From assembly GCA_025928015.1 (NCBI GenBank), contig JAICKJ010000001.1, positions 1-54,795 of the forward strand: DNA of 54,795 nt. The letters run 5' to 3'. Source of the DNA: Thermomicrobiales bacterium (GTDB taxonomy: Bacteria; Chloroflexota; Chloroflexia; Thermomicrobiales; UBA6265). Below the pieces are notes generated by a model. The model saw nothing but the letters and a program-made list of their open reading frames with translations, did not search any database and was not told the origin of the DNA. The position numbers and the translations under genes were made by a program. This document shows, one piece after another, positions 45,191 through 53,304 of this stretch; positions within the stretch are counted from its first letter, which is position 1; every line of letters begins with the position of its first letter.

Positions 45191-45868
45191 CTACTCGTCC
45201 TCGCCCAGCACCTCGTCGAGCACGGTCCGGATGATGTCGTAACCGTAGCCACGGCGGGCGAGGAAGCCGGAGAGGCGGCGACGCTGGACGTCCGGTTCGA
45301 GACCGCGGTAGGAGGGCGCCTTTTGCTGGGCCAGCGCCAGCGCGTCGGCGTGCTCGTCCACCGCCGCGTCCTCGATCACCTCGTCGATCGTCTCCGTGTC
45401 GATCCCCTTCTGGCGCAGCTCCAGCGACAGCAGCCGCTGCGAGCGCGGGCGGTGCTCCTGCCGGCCCTCGACCCAGCGCCGCGCGAAATCCTCGTCGTCC
45501 AGGTAGTGCCAGTCGCGCAGGCGCGTGATCGTCTGATCGATCGCCGGCGCGTTGTATCCCTTCTGCCGCAGGCGTTGGCGCAGCTCCCGCTCGCTGCGGG
45601 CGCGGTGCGCGAGCAGCCGGAACGCGGCCGTCGTCGCCTGCCGGATCTCGTCCTTCGCCAGCAGGTCCGTCGCGTCCGCCAGCGTCAGCTCAACGCCCTT
45701 CGCCAGCCCGGTCTCGACGACGAGATCGGCGCTGAGCCCGAACGCGAACGCGCCGTCGATGAACAGATTGACCCGTTCCGGGTCGCGCTTCTGGGCGGTC
45801 AGATCGGTGATCGTCCCGGCGACCGGCTCCGGCGGCGTCCGGTCGCGCGGGGCACGCTGGCGGTTCAG
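45191..45868 (-). CDS. recX: Recombination regulator RecX (start codon non-canonical or uncertain)
   Basis: My own minus-strand translation gives ...GTITDLTAQKRDPERVNLFIDGAFAFGLS...RSERELRQRLRQKGYNAPA...VIEDAAVDEH...GFLARRGYGYDIIRTVLDEVLGEDE*. The track reports only the last 62 aa. The candidate start is a CTG at 45868. Confidence 0.75.
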   Translation of the reverse strand: MNRQRAPRDRTPPEPVAGTITDLTAQKRDPERVNLFIDGAFAFGLSADLVVETGLAKGVELTLADATDLLAKDEIRQATTAAFRLLAHRARSERELRQRLRQKGYNAPAIDQTITRLRDWHYLDDEDFARRWVEGRQEHRPRSQRLLSLELRQKGIDTETIDEVIEDAAVDEHADALALAQQKAPSYRGLEPDVQRRRLSGFLARRGYGYDIIRTVLDEVLGEDE

Positions 45869-46458
45869 TAGTTGACCTCGGTCGGCGCGCCGGCGCCCGC
45901 CGCGCAGAGCGGGCAGTCGTCCGGCTCATAGGAAGGATAGAGGGGATTCAGCAGTCCGTAGACGGTGTGACCGCCGATCTGCTCGTGGGTGGCGTTCCAG
46001 AGCGTGCAGATGCCGATCACCTCGCCCTTGTGCTTCTCGATCTCCTGGTCGAACCAGGTCAGCGTGTCGCCGCTGATGATCAGGTTGTCCGCCAGCAGCA
46101 CGCGCTTGCCCTGGATCAGCCCGAGCAGGTTGTCGGCGACCTTCTTGCCCCCGTCGGGCAACGGTGTCGCGTAGACCACCTTCGCCTTGGGGTCGAGGAA
46201 GTAGGCGATCATCTGCGCCAGCCCCGCGCCCCAGATCGACGGCGCGGCGACCGTGTCCACCTTGTTGATGAAATACTGCTTGGCCAGCGCGTAGGCCATC
46301 CGGCTCGCGGCTTGGGGATCGGCGAGCAGCCGATCGCGATCGACGAGCGCGCCGCTGTGCCGCCCCGACCGGAAGACGAAATGGCCCTCCTGCAGCAATC
46401 GGTCGCGCTTGAGGTAGTCGAGGATCGTCGAATCGAGCATCGTCGCGGCGGATACCAT
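45865..46458 (-). CDS. Type I phosphoribosyltransferase (orotate PRTase-like)
   Basis: This is the frame of track ORF 45865..46506. The ATG at 46458 is preceded by GGAGGA plus 7 nt. The PRPP-binding motif 'VLLADNLIISGDT' is present. Confidence 0.7.
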   Translation of the reverse strand: MVSAATMLDSTILDYLKRDRLLQEGHFVFRSGRHSGALVDRDRLLADPQAASRMAYALAKQYFINKVDTVAAPSIWGAGLAQMIAYFLDPKAKVVYATPLPDGGKKVADNLLGLIQGKRVLLADNLIISGDTLTWFDQEIEKHKGEVIGICTLWNATHEQIGGHTVYGLLNPLYPSYEPDDCPLCAAGAGAPTEVNY

Positions 46459-46631
46459 GCGTCCGTCCTCCAATCCGTCTACGGAAGCCACGCTGCCGGT
46501 TGACACAGACGCCCGCGTTTCCGTTCAGCCGGCACACCGATTGTACTTCCCACCGGTGGCGCCTCCTCAACGCGCGACGGCTCCCGGCTCAAGGATGCCA
46601 GCAGGTCTCGGCGGATCTGGCGCGGTCGTGG

Positions 46632-47192
46632 TCAGTCGAGGTCGGCGAAGAGCTCTTCGGGATCGATCACCAAACCGCCGATAACCGTCGAGTGGAACCG
46701 GCCGTCGACCGGCTCGGCATCGTGATAGACGCCATCTTCAAGAACCAGCATCCGGAACGTACGATGCTCGGGATCGGGCAGCCAGTACTCGGGCACGCCG
46801 GCGCTGGCATAGAGCGCCGTCTTGCGGACTTGATCGATCGAAGAGGATGACGGGGAGATGATCTCGACGACAAGGTCGGGCGGTCCCTCGACCACTCCCT
46901 TCGGTTTGTAAATGTTCCGGCGATTGGCTCGAATGAACAGCAGGTCGGGCTCTACGATATTGTGCGGTCCTAATCGGACATCTACCGGAGCGAACACGAG
47001 GTCGCCGAGGCGATGGGCTCGTACATGGGCCCGAACGACTGCGTAAAGTGCTCCGGCCAACAGTTGATGCGCACGACTCGGGGCAGGCGACACGAGCAAC
47101 TCCCCGTTGATGATCTCATAGCGGTTGCGATCGTCCGGCATCTGGCGCAGGTCGTCGTAGGTCAGTGGACGGGCAAGCTGGACTGTCGCCAT
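46632..47192 (-). CDS. Uma2-family (DUF820) endonuclease
   Basis: 186 aa. 'YEIINGELLVSPAP', 'EPDLLFI' and 'PDLVVEIISPSS' are characteristic PD-(D/E)xK Uma2 blocks. Confidence 0.85.
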   Translation of the reverse strand: MATVQLARPLTYDDLRQMPDDRNRYEIINGELLVSPAPSRAHQLLAGALYAVVRAHVRAHRLGDLVFAPVDVRLGPHNIVEPDLLFIRANRRNIYKPKGVVEGPPDLVVEIISPSSSSIDQVRKTALYASAGVPEYWLPDPEHRTFRMLVLEDGVYHDAEPVDGRFHSTVIGGLVIDPEELFADLD

Positions 47193-47385
47193 GGCGGTCT
47201 CCTTCTCTCTTCGGCATTGTAGCCGGGATCAGCACTCTCGATTCGGCCGGCGCGCCGATAGTACCCCTCGCGATATCGCTCATCGTGGCCCGCGAAACCT
47301 CCGAGAGGTTTCGCGCGTTCCAGAAGCCAAATCCGCCCCGTGCTGCGGGCGGGATCGTGCGTGAGTACCGGAGAGGAGATCGTTC

Positions 47386-48030
47386 ATGACTACGCGATTG
47401 ACGACGAACGGGTGGCGACTCGCCACGATGATCCTGCTGTTCGCGGCCCTGGCACTGCCGGTGCGCGCCGCGGCCGCGCAGCCATCCGCGACCCCGATGC
47501 CGGGACCAGACGCCGACGCCGGCAGCCTGGTGATCGAAGCGGTGCAGAGCCCGGCCGATGAGCCGAGCGTCGAGTATCACGTCACGACTGACTCGCCCTG
47601 GCCGGTCGGCGACGGCTTCGCCGCCGCGGCGTTCGAGTTCACGCTGAATGGGCCGAACGGCGACCAGCCGGTCAGCACCTCCGACCAGGCGCCCGGCGGC
47701 CTGACGACGATCAACCTCCTCGCCGGCGACTACACGCTGACGGACAACGACAGCGGCGCCTCCGTCAGCTTCACGATCACCGCCGGCGCCACGACCTACG
47801 TCGCGGCCGCCCGCTTCTACGTCTCGAACCCGGCCCCGCCGCCGACCGCGCCGGCCCAGGCGGCGACCCCGGTGCCCAACAGCGGCGGTCAGACCGCGAC
47901 CACGCTGCCGACGACCGGCAGCGGTCCGGACTCCTCCAGCATCGCCAACGCTGGCATCATCCTCTTCCTGCTGGCGCTCGCCGCGCTGATGGCCACCGCC
48001 GCCATCGCCCGCGTCCGCCGCGTCCGTTAG
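47386..48030 (+). CDS. LPXTG-anchored surface protein
   Basis: 214 aa with a signal peptide. The C-terminal 'LPTTG' is followed by a hydrophobic stretch and 'RVRRVR', which is a sortase sorting signal. Confidence 0.8.
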   Translation: MTTRLTTNGWRLATMILLFAALALPVRAAAAQPSATPMPGPDADAGSLVIEAVQSPADEPSVEYHVTTDSPWPVGDGFAAAAFEFTLNGPNGDQPVSTSDQAPGGLTTINLLAGDYTLTDNDSGASVSFTITAGATTYVAAARFYVSNPAPPPTAPAQAATPVPNSGGQTATTLPTTGSGPDSSSIANAGIILFLLALAALMATAAIARVRRVR

Positions 48031-48065
48031 TTTTGCTGCTGAACGCAGTGGGCATGCACCTTTCT

Positions 48066-48105
48066 CCCCTCTCCCAGAATTGGGGGAGGGGCTGGGGGGG
48101 AGGGC
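48066..48105. repeat. GC-rich palindromic repeat (CCCCTCTCCCAGAATTGGGGGAGGGG plus G-rich tail)
   Basis: This hairpin-forming unit has an inverted-orientation copy at 50101..50143. Confidence 0.6.
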
Positions 48106-48108
48106 TCT

Positions 48109-49176
48109 TTACGCCGTCCGTGATCCGAGGCGGTCGATGAGGGTGAAGAGTGCGGCCGCGGCGGGCGTGTCGCTGCCCTCGGTCGCCTGGCGCAGCGCCG
48201 CCGCCGCCCGGTCGTTGTGCGCGGCGACCCGGTCCGCCACCTGTCGCTCGATATCGTGCGCGGCGAGCATCGCCAGGATTTCGTCGATCCCCTCGCCGGT
48301 AATCTCTTCCTGATGGTAGAGCTCGCGCAGCCGCGCTTTTTCCGGTTCGCTCGCCTGCGCCCGCAGCAGCAGGATTGGCAGGCTTTGCTTGCGCCGCCGG
48401 ATGTCGTCGGCGGCGTCCTTGCCGGTTACGTCGCTGTCGCCCCAGATGCCGAGCAGATCGTCACGGATCTGGAAGCCAATGCCAATGGCGAGACCGAAGT
48501 CGCCGAACGCGTGTGCGCGTTCCGCGCTGGCGCCGCCGACGGTCGCGCCGGCCCACGCCGCGTAGCGCAGGATGGCCGCCGTCTTGTTCGTGATCATCGC
48601 CAGGTAATCGTCGGGCGAGACGTCGGCGCGGCCCTCGAAGCCGAGGTCCTGCACCTGCCCGCGCACGATCTCCAGTGTCGTCCGGTCGAACTCGGCGGCG
48701 AGTGGCAGCAGCCGGTCCGCGCCGATAACGCCCTGCAAGCGGTAGAGCGCGAGGTGGGCGGCGGCGTGGAGGGCGTCGCCGGCGTTGATCGCCTGGCCGT
48801 CGCCCCAGACGCGCCAGACGGTCGCCCGGTGGCGGCGGTTCGGGCTGCGGTCCTGAATGTCATCGTGGACGAGGGTGAAGTTGTGGAGCAGCTCGATCGC
48901 GGCCGCGAGCGGCGCGGCCGCCTCCAACGTGCCGCCCGCGGCGGCGCAGGTCAGCAGTGCCACGGCCGGGCGGATGCGCTTGCCCTGCACGGTCGCCCGC
49001 ACGTTCTGCGTCGTCGACTCACCGTTGCTCTCCACCCAGCCGAGGTGGAAGCGCGCCATGCGGGCGAGGAGCGGCGCGTCCTCGCCCAGCTCACCGATCG
49101 CTGCTTCCAGCTCCGGCTCCAGCAGGTAATCGAGGTCCTGGAACCGGCTTTCGGCGGCCGGCGACGGACCCGGCAT
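48109..49176 (-). CDS. Polyprenyl diphosphate synthase (GGPP/FPP synthase family)
   Basis: This is the frame of track ORF 48109..49266. Asp-rich motifs 'LVHDDIQD' and 'RDDLLGIWGD' are present. The start is either the ATG at 49176 or the TTG at 49266. Confidence 0.85.
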   Translation of the reverse strand: MPGPSPAAESRFQDLDYLLEPELEAAIGELGEDAPLLARMARFHLGWVESNGESTTQNVRATVQGKRIRPAVALLTCAAAGGTLEAAAPLAAAIELLHNFTLVHDDIQDRSPNRRHRATVWRVWGDGQAINAGDALHAAAHLALYRLQGVIGADRLLPLAAEFDRTTLEIVRGQVQDLGFEGRADVSPDDYLAMITNKTAAILRYAAWAGATVGGASAERAHAFGDFGLAIGIGFQIRDDLLGIWGDSDVTGKDAADDIRRRKQSLPILLLRAQASEPEKARLRELYHQEEITGEGIDEILAMLAAHDIERQVADRVAAHNDRAAAALRQATEGSDTPAAAALFTLIDRLGSRTA

Positions 49177-49390
49177 CTGTTCCTGTGATGGTGATCGCAC
49201 GAAGCGGTTGTCCTTTGGTTCGATCGTGCCCGGCGGTGCGCTGGCGGGAACCAGACTGGCCCCCAATCACGTAAAATACTATGTAATGGCGGGTTGCATG
49301 CCCGCCATCCGGAGCAGCCCGCGTTCGTGGCCACGATGGACGTGGCGCGCGGCACGAACTGTCCCGGCAGTGGAAGAGGAAAGTTCCATC

Positions 49391-50095
49391 ATGTATTTCG
49401 ACCCGTTGTATTTCGTCTTCATGATTCCCGGGGTCGTCTTCATGCTCTGGGCGCAGAGCAGAGTCCGGGGCAATTACGCCAAATATAGCCAGGTCCGCAA
49501 CGACCTCGGGCTGACGGGCGCCCAGACGGCGCGACGGGTGCTCGACAGCCAGGGCCTGTCCAACGTCGCGATCGAGCCGATCGCCGGCGAGCTGACCGAC
49601 CACTACGACCCGCGCACCCGCGTCCTGCGGCTCTCGCAAGGTGTCTACGGCGTGCCGTCCATCGCCGCGATGGGCATCGCGGCCCACGAGTCGGGCCACG
49701 CGATCCAGCACGCCAAGGCCTACGCGCCGCTCACGCTGCGGACGGCGATCGTGCCGGCCGTCAGCATCGGCTCCAACATCGGCTACATCCTGCTGATCCT
49801 CGGCATCATCATCGGCATGACCGGGATGGCCTGGATCGGCGTCGCACTCTTCGCACTCTCGACCTTCTTCGCGCTGGTCACTTTGCCGGTCGAGTTCGAC
49901 GCCTCGCATCGAGCCAAGCAGGTGCTGGTCCAGCTCGGCCTGGTCGATTCCGGCGTCGCCGGCGGGCAGGAGAGCAAGGCCGTTGCCAAGGTGCTCGACG
50001 CCGCGGCGTGGACCTACATCGCCAGCTTCGCCGCCTCGCTCCTGACACTGCTCTACTACGTCATGATGCTCACCGGCATGCAGCGCCGGGACTAA
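49391..50095 (+). CDS. Membrane zinc metallopeptidase (Zn_peptidase_2 family)
   Basis: This is the frame of track ORF 49208..50095, with the ATG at 49391 after GAGGAAAG. It has 'MYFDPLYF', the HExxH motif 'HESGHAIQH', and C-terminal TM segments. Confidence 0.85.
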   Translation: MYFDPLYFVFMIPGVVFMLWAQSRVRGNYAKYSQVRNDLGLTGAQTARRVLDSQGLSNVAIEPIAGELTDHYDPRTRVLRLSQGVYGVPSIAAMGIAAHESGHAIQHAKAYAPLTLRTAIVPAVSIGSNIGYILLILGIIIGMTGMAWIGVALFALSTFFALVTLPVEFDASHRAKQVLVQLGLVDSGVAGGQESKAVAKVLDAAAWTYIASFAASLLTLLYYVMMLTGMQRRD

Positions 50096-50100
50096 CGACA

Positions 50101-50143
50101 GCCCTCACCCCCGGCCCCCTCTCCCAACGTTGGGAGAGGGGGC
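50101..50143 (+). terminator. Perfect 14-bp-stem palindrome (GCCCCCTCTCCCAA-CG-TTGGGAGAGGGGGC) followed by a T-rich tract; same repeat family as 48066..48105
   Basis: It starts 6 nt after the peptidase stop and is followed by TTTCGTTCTT. Confidence 0.65.
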
Positions 50144-50312
50144 TTTCGTTCTTGGCTTCCTGACACCATGAGAATGGCCAGCGCGCGCCGGATGCCGTAT
50201 GGTGGCATCGGATCAATGCGTGTCATCAAAATGCTCGATTCGGGTTCGAACAGCAGGCTGAATGACCGGTTCCCGGCAGGGTTGAGGGGCGGTTGCCCCA
50301 AGGGAGCAGATC

Positions 50313-52130
50313 ATGCACTCACGGCGTGTCGAGTTACTGGCCAGGATGATGGAGACGCGCGCGTCGCGGCGTCACGCGCTCCACGGGATCGGGGCGCCGG
50401 CGATCGTCGCCGCGCTTGGACTTCGCGGCGCCGCCGCGGCCCCCGGCGCCGCCGCGACCCGGCGGGCGATGCGCGGGCAGGCGACGTCGGCGGGCGCGAC
50501 CGGCATCGACGCGCTCGACGCCGGCACGAAGGACAATGTCGCGCAGGCGCTCTGGTTACCCGCGTGGGAATCGGACGCGCTCCCACCGGACATCCGGGAT
50601 CACCTCGCGAGCGAGCAGAACAGAAACGCCGCCTTCGGCGCGCGCATGGCTGCCCGGCTGCGAGGACTGATCGAGAAACCGGAAACGTTCACCCCCAGCC
50701 ACACCGCGCGCTACGAAGCCTTCCTCGACGCCTGCGACGCGCTCTCCGCCCACCAGACCTACAGCCTGGCCAATCTGCTCGGTCCGGACAGCGCCCGGGA
50801 TTTCCCGCCGTTGCCGGCAAAGGCCGCGTTCGAATTCCCGCGGAGTCACGCGGTCGATCTGCCGATGCAGGTCGGCTGGTACTTCGTCGTCGGCAGTTGT
50901 CACGGCAGTAACGGCAAGGAGTACGGCGTCGAGGTGATGTTCTTCCGCAATGCCATCCTCCCGCCGGCGTTGATGGCGCAGTACGGGCTGACGCACGCCG
51001 AAAACCAGATCACCGAGCTGCACTTCGCCGTGACCGAGGCCGGTGGTCAGCACCACCGCGCGGTCCCGACGGTGATCGCCGGCACCACCGGACTGCTGGC
51101 GTTCAATCCGGACGGCCTCGGCTGGTCGATGGGCCGCAACGTGATTGAGTCGCTCGATCCGGACTCCGGCGCGATGCCGCTGCACGTCCGCGCCCGCGGC
51201 GTCAATCGGGGCGAAACCGCGCCGATCGAGTTCTCGGTCGATATCACGTGCACCGAGCCCGATATGCCGCTGCCGCAGGGCGTGGACGGCTGCGACCCCT
51301 GCTGTGACGGCGCCGGCACCCTCTATTACTCGATCCCCAATATCCAGCTAGACCCCGCGAGGAGCACCCTCACCCTCGACGGCGAGACGGTCGAGCTGGT
51401 GAGCGGCACTTTCTGGTTCGACCACCAGTGGGGCAACAGCCTGAGCGCCAGCCCGCGCACTGAAGTGACGCGGGCCGCCAAGAACCTCGCTCCAGCGACG
51501 ATCGCCGGGTGGGACTGGTTCATGGCCCAGTTCGAGGGCGGCTACCAGATGGCCGGCGGCGCCCTGCACACCGCCGAGAATCTGCCTTTCTACTTCCAGA
51601 CCGGCGAGACCCCGCCGGGGCCGATGGAGGCGCCGGTCAAGGCCCGTCTGATGGCCGGCGACGGCACCGTGCGGCGCGTCGAGGGCACCGTGCTGATCGA
51701 TGATTGGGTCCGGAGCACGACCTCGCCGGAGCCCGCCCTCTACTGGCCGACGAACACCTGGTATCCCAACCACTGGCGCTACCAGTTCGGCGCGGACGTG
51801 CCCGAAGCGGTCCGGACCTTCACCATGGAGCCGATCGTGGCGGGCGGGCAGTCCGGTTTCTTCGCGACCGGCGCCCAATACTCGGAAGGAGCGACTATCC
51901 TCCGCGATTCGGCCGGGAAGGAGGTGGGGCGCGGCTTCGGCGAATCGGTGAACTACGCCGATACCGTCGCCAACATCACCGCGCTGGCCGGTCTGCCGGA
52001 TACCGCCGAGATGCGCGAACTGCTCCAGGCGCAGCGACCGTCGAAGGAGCTGATCGCAAAGAGCATGGCCTACGTCGCCGCCCACCAGGACGAGCTGACG
52101 GCAGTCATCGCAAGCTGCCTCGGGATTTGA
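50313..52130 (+). CDS. AttH/CrtC (hydroxyneurosporene synthase-like, lipocalin-type) domain protein with a Tat-like signal
   Basis: 605 aa. 'FEFPRSHAVDLPMQVGWYFVVG' matches the AttH/CrtC N-terminal signature, and 'FWFDHQWG' is present. The N-terminus carries 'SRRHALHGIGAPA'. Confidence 0.7.
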   Translation: MHSRRVELLARMMETRASRRHALHGIGAPAIVAALGLRGAAAAPGAAATRRAMRGQATSAGATGIDALDAGTKDNVAQALWLPAWESDALPPDIRDHLASEQNRNAAFGARMAARLRGLIEKPETFTPSHTARYEAFLDACDALSAHQTYSLANLLGPDSARDFPPLPAKAAFEFPRSHAVDLPMQVGWYFVVGSCHGSNGKEYGVEVMFFRNAILPPALMAQYGLTHAENQITELHFAVTEAGGQHHRAVPTVIAGTTGLLAFNPDGLGWSMGRNVIESLDPDSGAMPLHVRARGVNRGETAPIEFSVDITCTEPDMPLPQGVDGCDPCCDGAGTLYYSIPNIQLDPARSTLTLDGETVELVSGTFWFDHQWGNSLSASPRTEVTRAAKNLAPATIAGWDWFMAQFEGGYQMAGGALHTAENLPFYFQTGETPPGPMEAPVKARLMAGDGTVRRVEGTVLIDDWVRSTTSPEPALYWPTNTWYPNHWRYQFGADVPEAVRTFTMEPIVAGGQSGFFATGAQYSEGATILRDSAGKEVGRGFGESVNYADTVANITALAGLPDTAEMRELLQAQRPSKELIAKSMAYVAAHQDELTAVIASCLGI

Positions 52131-52176
52131 GCCCAGCCGCACAGCGGTTCCCGGCTTGGTTGTCCGGGGACCGCTG

Positions 52177-52575
52177 TCAGCTCGTCGCGTGATAGAGGGA
52201 GAGGCCGGGGATGCGGCCGAAGTGACGCAGGTTGCGCGTGACGAGCTGGAGCCCGTGATGGATGGCGGTCGCGGCGATGAGCAAATCCAGATCGGGGATC
52301 AATTGCCCTGCACGGCGTAGATATGCGCGGATGCGGGCAAATCGCTCCATGACCGGCTCAGTGAGAGAGAGAATCCGAAATCGCCCCAGAACGCGGCGCA
52401 TCCGCGCCACCCGTTCTGCCGGGTCGGGATCGCTATATGCGCCCTCGAAGACTTCGCCGAGCGAGATGATGCTGATCGCAGTGCCTTGCTCGGTGAGGAG
52501 GTCCAGCGTTGCGAGGGCGGCGGGACGACCGATCAACGCATCGATCAGATAATCGGAATCGATTAGATACGTCAT
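52177..52575 (-). CDS. vapC: PIN-domain toxin VapC
   Basis: 132 aa. It carries 'YLIDSDYLI' and 'DLLIAATAIHHGLQLVTRNLRHF'. Its start forms a 4-nt ATGA overlap with the upstream antitoxin. Confidence 0.85.
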   Translation of the reverse strand: MTYLIDSDYLIDALIGRPAALATLDLLTEQGTAISIISLGEVFEGAYSDPDPAERVARMRRVLGRFRILSLTEPVMERFARIRAYLRRAGQLIPDLDLLIAATAIHHGLQLVTRNLRHFGRIPGLSLYHATS

Positions 52576-52853
52576 GGCCGATCAGGCGGACGCGTTCCTT
52601 CCTCGCGACCGCGGTAGATCAACTCCTTCATCCGCTCCCCTTCTTCCGGCGTGAGCATGCCAGCGGCCTCGTGAAGCGCTTCTCGAAGCTTTGCTGCGTC
52701 GTAATTCGCCCAAGGATCCTCGTCGTCGCGCTTGACCGTGTAGCGAACGCCCTCGCTCTCCAGGACGACCGTGCGCGCGTCCTTCTCTGCCAGGACGTGG
52801 GCCAGTTCACTGTCGGGATCGAGCTTGATGACGGTCATTGATTCTTTGGCCAT
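52572..52853 (-). CDS. Putative VapB-type antitoxin
   Basis: This is the frame of track ORF 52572..52898. The ATG at 52853 (or 52859) follows AGGAGA. The product is small and acidic, and is coupled to vapC. Confidence 0.6.
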   Translation of the reverse strand: MAKESMTVIKLDPDSELAHVLAEKDARTVVLESEGVRYTVKRDDEDPWANYDAAKLREALHEAAGMLTPEEGERMKELIYRGREEGTRPPDRP

Positions 52854-52947
52854 AGACATTCTCCTCTCGTCCGCATCATAGCAAAATAGACATAACAACG
52901 AAAGGCGAGGCAGGGCGATTGTGTTTCGGAGCCACGATCGCCGCGTG

Positions 52948-53304
52948 CTACTCCACGAAATCGGTCCGCGCGAATTCGTTACCGGGGAAGATCACCAGTA
53001 ACCTCAATTCGTCTTCGCCGGTGTTATTGAAGCCGTGGACCTCGCCGGGCGGGATGTGGACGCTGACGCCCGCGCCGACCGGTACCACCTGCTCACCAAG
53101 CGTCACCTCGCCCGTCCCGGCCAGAAAGACGAGGATCTCCTCGACCTCGTGCGTGTGCAGCCGCACCGTATCGCCCGGCGCCAGCCATTGCTCGCCCAGA
53201 TAGAGATCGCGTGACCCGATCCCGGCGCTGATCAGGTGGCGGAGCGGCAGTCCGCTCGGGCTCGGCCCCGCCAGCATCCGGGCGTGTTCGACGCGCGTAC
53301 CCAT
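52948..53304 (-). CDS. Cupin-domain protein
   Basis: This is the frame of track ORF 52948..53373. The ATG at 53304 forms an ATGA overlap with the upstream LLM stop. 'HTHEVEEILVFLAG.GE' and 'IPPGEVHGFNNTG' are cupin motifs. Confidence 0.8.
   Translation of the reverse strand: MGTRVEHARMLAGPSPSGLPLRHLISAGIGSRDLYLGEQWLAPGDTVRLHTHEVEEILVFLAGTGEVTLGEQVVPVGAGVSVHIPPGEVHGFNNTGEDELRLLVIFPGNEFARTDFVE

Noticed and set aside
45137-45871. A 244-aa plus-strand ORF covering the recX region.
   Set aside because: The opposite strand translates into a clear RecX sequence, whereas the plus frame is repetitive and Arg/Leu/Val-rich with no motifs.
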